DNA of 13,610 nucleotides from Myxococcales bacterium (GTDB taxonomy: Bacteria; Myxococcota_A; Polyangia; Polyangiales; Polyangiaceae), in NCBI GenBank assembly GCA_043747615.1, contig JAYTOU010000072.1, positions 1 through 13,610 of the forward strand, read 5' to 3'. The notes beneath the pieces are model-generated. The model was not told the DNA's origin, ran no database searches, and was given only the letters and a program-made list of their open reading frames with translations. Shown piece by piece: positions 6,630 to 13,610 of this stretch; position 1 is the first letter of the stretch, and each line of letters begins with the position of its first letter. The position numbers and the translations under genes are program-made.

Positions 6630-7742
6630 TCAGAGGCCGTCGGTCGGAGGTCGCGTTATCCGGAGCTTGCCCTCGAGGCGCTTGCTTACGTGAATGGCGT
6701 TCTTCGCATCGACGATCACAGCGCCGACGCCGTCGATCGATTCGACGAGCTTGAGCCCCTTCTGGGGGCCAAGGATGAACACGGCATCGTCGAGCGCGTC
6801 CGCTTGCAGTGCGGTCGGCGCCCAGATGGTAACGCTGCGCGAGGCCGTCGCTGGATATCCGGTCCGCGGATCGATGATGTGGTGGTAGCGCTTTCCATTC
6901 ACGATGTAGCTTCGCTCGTAGTCGCCCGCGGTGCTGAACGCGTGATCGCTCACCGAGAGCATCGCGAAGTACGATCCGCCGGGACCACGCGGATCCCGCA
7001 CGCCCGCGCTCCATTCCGTGCCGTCGGGTTTTTTTCCGCGCGTGAAGAGATCTCCTCCCGCCTGCACGAAGTACGAGGCGATGTGCGCGGCGTCGAGGAC
7101 GTGAGCGGCGCGATCGACGGCGTAGCCTTTCGCGATCCCTCCCAAGCTAATCTTCACTCCGGGTGCGTCGAGGAAGAGCGTCTGATCCTTCGCCACCGCG
7201 TGTACGTGATGGAAGCTCAGAAGCGGCAATTTTTCTTTGATCTGCGCCGCCGACGGCGGGTGCGGGTCGAGGTCCTCGTCGAACTTCCAGAGGCCGTGCA
7301 GGCTCTCGAAGGTGATGTCGAACGTTCCCTCGGAGATCTCGCTCGTGTGAAGCGCTTCGGCCACCACGTCGTAGGTTTCTGTACTCACCTTGACTGGCGC
7401 CTTTCCCGCCGCGGCATTCACCTGCGACAGCTCGCTGTCGGGCTGCCAGGTGGTCATCATCGCCTCGATGCGCACGATCTCCGCGATGGCAGCGTCGAAC
7501 GCCTTCTGCACGGCAGCCGAGCTCATTGTCGGCGTCGTGAAAGCGGCGAAGACGAGGTGCGTCCCCATGGCCTTGCCTTCGCTGCTCACCTTCTCGGCGA
7601 CGAACGGCGCTTCGACCACCCGCGGGGGAGGAGCTGACGAAGGCGGTGTCGCTTCCACCGCACCCTGCGGATCACGGCACGCTCCAAGCGCGGCAGACCC
7701 TAGAAACGCGGTGATGCCTGCCATACGCCGAAGGCTGCGCAT
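6630..7742 (-). CDS. apbE: FAD:protein FMN transferase (ApbE family lipoprotein)
   Basis: Lipobox LGAC. Motifs AMGT, SELSQVN, SEGTFDIT, ISLGGIAKGYAVD, AGGD, STAGDYER, RYHHIIDPRTGYP, SVTI, ADAL. Confidence 0.93.
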   Translation of the reverse strand: MRSLRRMAGITAFLGSAALGACRDPQGAVEATPPSSAPPPRVVEAPFVAEKVSSEGKAMGTHLVFAAFTTPTMSSAAVQKAFDAAIAEIVRIEAMMTTWQPDSELSQVNAAAGKAPVKVSTETYDVVAEALHTSEISEGTFDITFESLHGLWKFDEDLDPHPPSAAQIKEKLPLLSFHHVHAVAKDQTLFLDAPGVKISLGGIAKGYAVDRAAHVLDAAHIASYFVQAGGDLFTRGKKPDGTEWSAGVRDPRGPGGSYFAMLSVSDHAFSTAGDYERSYIVNGKRYHHIIDPRTGYPATASRSVTIWAPTALQADALDDAVFILGPQKGLKLVESIDGVGAVIVDAKNAIHVSKRLEGKLRITRPPTDGL

Positions 7743-7749
7743 GACGGCT

Positions 7750-7759
7750 TGGTAGCATA
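7750..7759. promoter_or_regulatory. Putative bidirectional -10 element between apbE and the M20 gene
   Basis: Plus-strand TGgTAGCAT (7750-7758) overlaps minus-strand TATGCT (7759-7754) within a 65-bp divergent gap. Confidence 0.4.
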
Positions 7760-7807
7760 CTCGGCGAGGGGTTTGACAGGAGCCGCCGATTCATCGAGCG
7801 TTTCACG

Positions 7808-8983
7808 ATGTCTCTCCAGCCATCGTTCGGCGAAGCCATCGACGCCGCAGTGGACCGCGAAGCTCCCGCGCTCAGCGAGCTCGCGCTCAGGATTCACGCG
7901 CACCCCGAGCTACGCTTCGAAGAGCACAAAGCGGCGGCGTGGATCTGCGAGTACCTGCGCGCGCGCGGGCATCACGTGGACGTCGGCCTCGGCGGGATGG
8001 CGACGTCGTTCGTGTGTCGCGCCGGGAAGTCGGGCGGCGCCCGCGTGGCGATCCTCGCCGAGTACGATGCGCTGCCGGAGATCGGTCACGCGTGCGGGCA
8101 CAATCTAATCGCGGCCGGAGCCGTTGGTGCGTTCTCCGCAGCGGCCGAAATCGCGGCCGAAAGCGGCGGCGAGGTGATCCTGATTGGGACACCCGCCGAA
8201 GAGGGCGGAGGGGGGAAAATCAAGCTGCTTGAGGCTGGTGTCTTCGACGGACTCGACGCCGCGATGATGTTCCATCCGTTCGATCGCGATCTACTCGCGC
8301 ATCCTGCCCTCGCCAACGTGTGGCTCACCTTCAATTTCAAGGGAACACCGTCCCATGCTGCTGCGTCTCCGCACGACGGGCAGAGCGCACTCACCGCGTG
8401 CATGGACACGTTCCGGCTCATCGATGGGCAGCGCGTTCATTTTCGCGATGGCGTCCGGGTGCACGGATACATTCACGACGGCGGCCAGGCCGTGAACATC
8501 ATCCCCGAGCATGCGGGGTGCGAGCTCAGTGTGCGCGCGCGTACGGGCGACGAGCTCGAGCGGGTTCGCGGCATCGTGGAGCGATGCGCACGGGCGGCGG
8601 CGATGGCGAGCAACGTCCAGGTCGAGGTGAGCACGCGCATGGGCTACCGCGATATGGTGAACAACATGACCCTCGCCCGGCGATTCGGGACGCACCTCGC
8701 GGATCTCGGCCGCGTGCCGCGGGAAGGCGATACGCGCGTGGGCTCGGGGAGCACGGACATGGGAGACATCTCGCACGCGATCCCTTCGATCCATCCGTAC
8801 CTTGCGGTGGTGAACGAAGGCGAAACGCTCATTCACAATCGCGCCTTCACCGCTGCCGCCGCAAGCGCTCGGGGGATCGAAACCGCTCTCGTCGCCTCCA
8901 AAGCCATGGGCAAGACGGCCATCGAGGTGCTCTGCGATCCTGCGCTGAGAGAAGAGATTCGGTCCGAGTGGTCCGCGCGCTGA
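7808..8983 (+). CDS. M20 family metallo-amidohydrolase (M20D / ACY1L2-AbgB-like)
   Basis: Motifs IHAHPELRFEE, AEYDALPEIGHACGHNLI, GTPAEEGGGGK, MMFHP, AVNIIP, GSTDMGDIS and a C-terminal His (IHN). Confidence 0.92.
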   Translation: MSLQPSFGEAIDAAVDREAPALSELALRIHAHPELRFEEHKAAAWICEYLRARGHHVDVGLGGMATSFVCRAGKSGGARVAILAEYDALPEIGHACGHNLIAAGAVGAFSAAAEIAAESGGEVILIGTPAEEGGGGKIKLLEAGVFDGLDAAMMFHPFDRDLLAHPALANVWLTFNFKGTPSHAAASPHDGQSALTACMDTFRLIDGQRVHFRDGVRVHGYIHDGGQAVNIIPEHAGCELSVRARTGDELERVRGIVERCARAAAMASNVQVEVSTRMGYRDMVNNMTLARRFGTHLADLGRVPREGDTRVGSGSTDMGDISHAIPSIHPYLAVVNEGETLIHNRAFTAAAASARGIETALVASKAMGKTAIEVLCDPALREEIRSEWSAR

Positions 8984-11424
8984 GAGGCGCGACGGCGCTC
9001 GTCTTTCTACTGTGTGCAGCGCGAACGGCGGGTGCACAACCTCGCACGCAAGCCGGGCCCACCACTCCACCGATCGTGGCACCGCAGGCCAGGAACGCCG
9101 GCGACGTTCCTTATCCGCCGGGTGTCACCGGTGATGCGTTGGTCATCGTCGAACTGCTGATCGACGACACGGGCTCGGTGAAAGAAGCGCGGATCACTGA
9201 AGGAGCAGAGCCCTTCGCCGCGGCAACGCTCGCCGCCGCAACCTCCTGGAAGTTCTCGCCCGGCCGGCGCGGAGATCTCGACGTCGCTGCGCGCGTGCGG
9301 ATGCGCGTCGAGTTTCATCCGCCGGTCGTGGAGGCGGTGGACCCGCCGATCGAAGCCTCGACCGCTCCTTCGCGCGCAGCTGCAGTCCGCGAACGGATGC
9401 GACCGCCTCCTGCGGAGACCGAAGTCCGAGTGCGCGGGGCGCGACCCGAGGCGGGTCAGACCACCATGGGCGGAGGCGAGGTGCGGCAAATGCCTGGAGC
9501 GTTCGGCGACGCCTTTCGCGCGATCGAATCCTTGCCGGGCGTAGTGCCCATTGCGAGCGGTCTCCCTTTCTTTTTCGTGCGCGGAGCTCCGCCTGGAAAC
9601 ACCGGGTACTACCTCGATGGCGTGCGCGTACCGCTTCTCTACCACCTGGCGTTCGGGCCGAGCGTGGTGCATCCGGGGCTCATCGATCACGTGGATTTTT
9701 TCCCAGGCGGATTCCCCGCGCGCTACGGGCGTTTCGCGGGCGGAATTCTCTCCGGCGAAACGCTTGGCCCCGCGAAGGAGCTGCACGGCGAAGGCAACAT
9801 TCGCATTTTCGACGCTGGCGCCTTGGTCGAAGCTCCCGTCTCCGATGGACGCGGAAGCGTGCTTGTCGCCGGGCGATACAGCTACACCGCCGCCGTCTTG
9901 TCGCTCATCGCGCCCAGGGTGAGTCTCAGCTACTGGGACTACCAAGCTCGCGCGAGCTGGAAGCTCACGAACAAGGAGACCGTCTCCGTCTTCGCCTTCG
10001 GAAGCTACGATTTTCTCGGCGAGGTGAAAAAGAACAAGGACGCCACGACGACCACCAATCAAGTTTTTGCGACCCAGTTCCATCGCGTCGATCTTCGCTA
10101 CGACCGAGCCATCGGCACGACCGGGGGAATGCGGCTCGCGCTCACGTTGGGGACCGACACCTCCGGCTCCGATCAGGGAGACGCGACGGACAAACTGCTC
10201 GGCCTACGTTTCGAGGCTGAAAACAAGCTCTCTCGTGATGTTCGGCTGCGCGGCGGCGCAGACATCATGTGGGACCACTACGACGTCGTCGACAGCCATC
10301 CATCCCCGAACCAGCCGCCGCCGGACCAGACCCAGAACTCGCTCTACTCGCCGCGCAACGACGTGGTGGCGGGCGTGCACGCAGACATCGTGTGGAGGGC
10401 GAGCTCGCACGTAGAGGTCATTCCCGGACTCCGGGCTGACGTGTTCACGTCGCGTCGCACCGGGTACCCAGCACCGCTGCCGACCAGGGCGCGAGAGTTC
10501 TTCGCCACGGTCCCCGTCGGTGGTGCGAGAGCTGTGCCTTCGATCGATCCGCGAGTGGCCACGCGCGTCATGGTCACGCCGAAGGTGTCGTGGATCTCGG
10601 CGTTCGGCGTGTCGCACCAGCCGCCGAGCTTCGTCGTTCCGGTGCCGGGCATTGAAATCGGCGGACTCGATCTCGGGCTTCAGACGTCGCTGCAAATGAG
10701 CCAGGGGCTCGAGGTGCACCTGCCGCTGGAATTTACGGCCACCCCGACGGTGTTCCTTCACGAGTACATCGGGCTCACCGACCTGACCGCCACCTGCAAC
10801 AACAACGGCCGAAGCCCCACGGACACGTCGATCGCCGTCGAATCCTGCATCGGACAGCGCGTCCGAGGACGAGCGTACGGCGCCGAGCTGCTCGTACGGC
10901 GCCCGCTCACCAAGCGCCTCACGGGCTGGGTCTCGTACACGCTCTCCCGATCCACACGCGAGTCCCATGCTCTTCTCGGCAACGACGCCGCGCTGCAAGA
11001 CGTGCCGAGCGAGTTCGATCGCACGCACGTGCTCAGCGTGATCGGGGCCTACGATCTCGGCCGCGGATGGCGCAGCGGCGCGCGTTTCTTCTTCTACACC
11101 GGCCGGCCGTACTCGAACTCTTTCAACAACATCCCCGTGGCCCCGTTCAATAGCGAACGACTGCCGAGCTTCTATCGGATCGACGCCCGCATCGAAAAGG
11201 CCTGGCACGTGGGAAAAAAAGGCAAAATCGCCTTCGTCATCGAAGGGCTCAACGTCACCCTCAACAAAGAGGCGACGGACGTGAAATGCACGCCGATGCT
11301 GAATGCCGGAGGGATCGGAAGATTTGCCGGGGGGCGGATGCCGATCGGCCCGCTCGATACGTGCACCGTGCAAAAGATCGGTCCGGTGACCATCCCGAGC
11401 ATCGGCCTCGAAGGATCGTTCTGA
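8968..11424 (+). CDS. TonB-dependent outer-membrane receptor with N-terminal TonB C-terminal-like domain (myxobacterial type)
   Basis: Start re-assigned to GTG at 8968 (in frame with the 8320..11424 ORF, 818 aa). It is preceded by purine-rich GAGAGAAGAG and followed by a signal peptide ending TAGA-Q. TonB_C-like segment YPP...VIVELLIDDTGSVKEARI...AATSWKFSPG. Plug motifs PGAFGDAFRAIESLPGV, FFVRG, YYLDGVRVPLLYH, PGGFPARYGRFAGG. Barrel strands and a C-terminal beta-signal IGLEGSF. Overlaps the M20 stop by 16 nt. Confidence 0.88.
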   Translation: MVRALRGATALVFLLCAARTAGAQPRTQAGPTTPPIVAPQARNAGDVPYPPGVTGDALVIVELLIDDTGSVKEARITEGAEPFAAATLAAATSWKFSPGRRGDLDVAARVRMRVEFHPPVVEAVDPPIEASTAPSRAAAVRERMRPPPAETEVRVRGARPEAGQTTMGGGEVRQMPGAFGDAFRAIESLPGVVPIASGLPFFFVRGAPPGNTGYYLDGVRVPLLYHLAFGPSVVHPGLIDHVDFFPGGFPARYGRFAGGILSGETLGPAKELHGEGNIRIFDAGALVEAPVSDGRGSVLVAGRYSYTAAVLSLIAPRVSLSYWDYQARASWKLTNKETVSVFAFGSYDFLGEVKKNKDATTTTNQVFATQFHRVDLRYDRAIGTTGGMRLALTLGTDTSGSDQGDATDKLLGLRFEAENKLSRDVRLRGGADIMWDHYDVVDSHPSPNQPPPDQTQNSLYSPRNDVVAGVHADIVWRASSHVEVIPGLRADVFTSRRTGYPAPLPTRAREFFATVPVGGARAVPSIDPRVATRVMVTPKVSWISAFGVSHQPPSFVVPVPGIEIGGLDLGLQTSLQMSQGLEVHLPLEFTATPTVFLHEYIGLTDLTATCNNNGRSPTDTSIAVESCIGQRVRGRAYGAELLVRRPLTKRLTGWVSYTLSRSTRESHALLGNDAALQDVPSEFDRTHVLSVIGAYDLGRGWRSGARFFFYTGRPYSNSFNNIPVAPFNSERLPSFYRIDARIEKAWHVGKKGKIAFVIEGLNVTLNKEATDVKCTPMLNAGGIGRFAGGRMPIGPLDTCTVQKIGPVTIPSIGLEGSF

Positions 11425-11438
11425 CGACCTTCGCGAGG

Positions 11439-12089
11439 CTAGATGCCGCTCGTAGCGCTCTTCAGCTTGGTGACCTGGATTTTTCGTCCGGCCGCGATGC
11501 GTTCGAGCAGGTTGATGAGCTTGGCAGTGTCCGCAACTTCGGGGAGACGCTCGTAGGTTCCGTCCCAAAGCTCGAGCATCACCTGCGTGTCGTCGACCAC
11601 GAAGCGATCGATCTGCGGCCATGCCCACCGCTTGATCCTCGGTAATCCAAGAGAAAGGAGATAACGCGCTTCGATGCCGTCCATTCGCACGATGACTCCG
11701 CGCATGTGCGCCCGCACGACCGTCGCGAGCGCGCTGATGAGGACGATGAACGCGAGCACAGCGGCGGCAAGTGGACGGTTGCGATCCCCTTCGACGATCC
11801 AGATGTAGAGGCGCGAGTTGCTCGAGGATGCGTGGGCGATGGAGACGAGCGTCATCAACGAGAGCGCGAATGCGAGGTAGAGGAACGACGGGACGCGCAT
11901 CCGGAGGGGTGGACCGAAGGCGAAGCGGTCGCCTTCCACGGGGCTGTAGGACATCTCGAAACGGGCGACCGTGCCGTTCACGTCCGTGATGGATATGCGC
12001 TCGCCTTCCGCGGCACTTGTTTCACCGAGGTCAGGTAGGTTCGAGGCTCGCTGCGCGGCGTCTTGGGGAAGGGGAGTCACTTCGAGCAT
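11439..12089 (-). CDS. Membrane protein with two TM helices and a C-terminal bacterial PH-like domain
   Basis: Hydrophobic segments VPSFLYLAFALSLMTLVSIA and PLAAAVLAFIVLISALATVV, followed by GVIVRMDGIEARY...KRWAWPQIDRFVV, a pattern typical of bPH-type domains. Start codon uncertain. Confidence 0.65.
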   Translation of the reverse strand: MLEVTPLPQDAAQRASNLPDLGETSAAEGERISITDVNGTVARFEMSYSPVEGDRFAFGPPLRMRVPSFLYLAFALSLMTLVSIAHASSSNSRLYIWIVEGDRNRPLAAAVLAFIVLISALATVVRAHMRGVIVRMDGIEARYLLSLGLPRIKRWAWPQIDRFVVDDTQVMLELWDGTYERLPEVADTAKLINLLERIAAGRKIQVTKLKSATSGI

Positions 12090-12158
12090 TCACTCGTTTG
12101 AACAGCGCAGTCTCGCGCGGCTTGGGTGGTTTCAACGCGCGTAGCGGCCGCGCCAGGT

Positions 12159-13526
12159 TTACTCTTCCTCGTCGCGGGGGTCTGCGCCAGGCGGACGCTG
12201 CGTATCCCGCTTGAATTGCCGCATCGCAGCCATCTCGCTCTTGGACGGGTTGATGACGAGGAGGCCGTGATCCGCGTCGATCATGGCCACGTCGCCGTCC
12301 GAGGCCCAGCGGAAGAGACCCTGAACGTCGACGATCGCGGGAACTCCGAAGAGCTCGATGAGCGTGCGCGTGCGCGGACCCGCGGACCGCTCGGTGAGAG
12401 CGACGCCTACCGGGTGGGTACGCGCGGAGATCAAGAGGTCGAAGACGCTGAGCCCGTCGCCGACAAGGATTGACTTCGACGGGAGCTCTGCGCGCTTGTC
12501 GGCTGCGGCGAGCATGCTGAGGGCGTCGCACAGGTCTTCGACGTCTTTTGCGCGTTCCTCTAGAAATGGATCGGGGGTGATCGACGCCGCCGTGCGGGTG
12601 GCCTCCCGGGCCACGCGGCTGAGAGCGTGTGGAAGACCTACACCGGTTGCCGCAATTTCCATGGCGCGCTCGCGGAACCGCATGTCGGCGAGGATTTCCA
12701 CGTACGTGCCGAGAAACGACGCTTGCTTTCCCAGCTTGAGCTGGCGGGCTCGTCCGGCGAGCGCTCCGATGGCCTTCTCGGCAACGTCGAACGCGCTCCG
12801 CAGCATTCGCACGTCCTGGTTCGGCGTGCTCTTGCTCGGCGCCAGCTGTTCGCTCGGTCTCTGCGGGGGCCTTCGAAGCGCGGCGATAGCACCGAGGGCT
12901 CGCCCTCCAATGAGCGGTCGACCGGGGAGCGTCACCTTGCGGGTGCCACCGCCAGCACGGCGCACCTCGGCGCGGTCGCGGTTGGCGTCGACGAGCTCTG
13001 CGTGACGAATGCCAGCGGCGATCAGCGCGCCGAGAACGGAGAGGAGCTCGATGTCGTGATCGGTGAACGCGACGCTCTCGCGTTGAGCCACGATGGCTCC
13101 GAGCGGGCCTGATTTGCCGCGAATCGGCACCGCGAGGAACACCGGAAAACGTTCCTCACCGAGCTCCGCGAAATATTTGTACGACTCGTGTTGATCGGCT
13201 GAGGCGGCCGAGATCGGGCGTAGATACTCCACCGCCTGGCCGGTGATTCCTTCGCCGACCATCAGGCGCACCTCCCCGAGCGCGGCATGCGAAAAGCCCA
13301 CGTTGCCGCGCATGACGAGGCTGCCTTCGCCTTCGAGGAGATAGAGGGAGCACACGTCGGCGCTGATGATTTTGCTGATCCGCCGCGGGCCTTCGTCGAG
13401 CAGCGTCACCAAAGGCATGGGCCGCGCAGCGAACGCCACGAAATCGAGGACGGCGTCGAGCCGCCTATTTCCGCGATCGTGGATCTTCGCGCGCATCTCG
13501 GGACGGTTGAGGTTGCTCACGATCAC
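12159..13526 (-). CDS. GAF domain + Enzyme I N-terminal (HPr-binding and mobile) domains; truncated, probably catalytically inactive PtsP/EI-Ntr-like protein
   Basis: PtsP-type GAF (ADVCSLYL, VGEGITGQ, YKYFAELGEERFPVFLAVPI), EI N-terminal strand LPGRPLIGGRALG, helical domain with ILAD and DPFLEERAKDVEDL, and mobile domain GVALTE...FGVPAIV...MIDADHGLLVINP. Ends at 455 aa with no PEP-binding barrel. Alternative starts at 13520 or 13497. Confidence 0.85.
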   Translation of the reverse strand: MIVSNLNRPEMRAKIHDRGNRRLDAVLDFVAFAARPMPLVTLLDEGPRRISKIISADVCSLYLLEGEGSLVMRGNVGFSHAALGEVRLMVGEGITGQAVEYLRPISAASADQHESYKYFAELGEERFPVFLAVPIRGKSGPLGAIVAQRESVAFTDHDIELLSVLGALIAAGIRHAELVDANRDRAEVRRAGGGTRKVTLPGRPLIGGRALGAIAALRRPPQRPSEQLAPSKSTPNQDVRMLRSAFDVAEKAIGALAGRARQLKLGKQASFLGTYVEILADMRFRERAMEIAATGVGLPHALSRVAREATRTAASITPDPFLEERAKDVEDLCDALSMLAAADKRAELPSKSILVGDGLSVFDLLISARTHPVGVALTERSAGPRTRTLIELFGVPAIVDVQGLFRWASDGDVAMIDADHGLLVINPSKSEMAAMRQFKRDTQRPPGADPRDEEE

Positions 13527-13535
13527 TCGGTCGCG

Positions 13536-13563
13536 AGTCTACTTCGTTCGACGCGCTTGTGAA
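13536..13563 (-). promoter_or_regulatory. Putative sigma70 promoter of the GAF-EI gene
   Basis: Minus strand TTCACA (13563-13558), 16 nt, TAGACT (13541-13536), ending 9 nt before the GTG at 13526. Confidence 0.45.
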
Positions 13564-13610
13564 ACGTATCCAGTCTCTTGCTCGTGGTCAGCGAGCCGTT
13601 CCTTGACTAG

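Noticed and set aside
6630..7742. ApbE as part of a local flavinylation or extracellular electron transfer cluster
   Set aside because: I found no FMN-binding domain or convincing DxxSGAT-type acceptor motif in neighbouring proteins, and no nqr/rnf/nos genes in the window.
8320..8967. 216-codon N-terminal extension of the TonB-dependent receptor ORF
   Set aside because: It overlaps the M20 gene in another frame and gives Arg/Gly/His-rich off-frame sequence. A proper signal peptide and purine-rich RBS appear only at GTG 8968.
10204..11628. 474-aa antisense ORF, and similar long off-frame ORFs such as 9007..10083, 6690..7637 and 5153..5992
   Set aside because: Stop-poor shadows of real genes in high-GC DNA, with no recognisable motifs.
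12140..12157. Second sigma54-like site (TGGCGCG-GCCG-CTAC) upstream of the PH-like membrane gene
   Set aside because: The -12 position reads AC instead of the essential GC.

Overview
A GC-rich bacterial chromosomal window, probably Myxococcota (inferred from the TonB_C-fused TonB-dependent receptor and overall gene content). It opens with the 3' end of an rRNA operon (23S, 5S, intrinsic terminator). Next come a large monofunctional GT51 transglycosylase with a long N-terminal beta-rich region, tadA directly downstream of its own substrate tRNA-Arg(ACG), a PDZ-thioredoxin gene, a CoxE-like vWA gene, apbE, an M20 amidohydrolase, a TonB_C-fused TonB-dependent receptor, a 2-TM PH-like membrane protein and a truncated GAF-EI (PtsP-like) protein. 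No mobile element or CRISPR array is visible. Two features stand out. (1) An unannotated ~310-nt candidate non-coding RNA (about 3971-4283) lies between a near-consensus sigma54 promoter and a terminator-like hairpin. It has a structured 5' domain with a loop-exposed anti-Shine-Dalgarno hexamer, a 67-nt pyrimidine tract and seven CU(U/C/A)AC motifs, suggesting a protein-sponge or base-pairing regulatory RNA. (2) A PtsP-like protein lacks the whole PEP-binding domain and has Arg in place of the phospho-His, so it looks like a ligand-sensing pseudo-Enzyme I.
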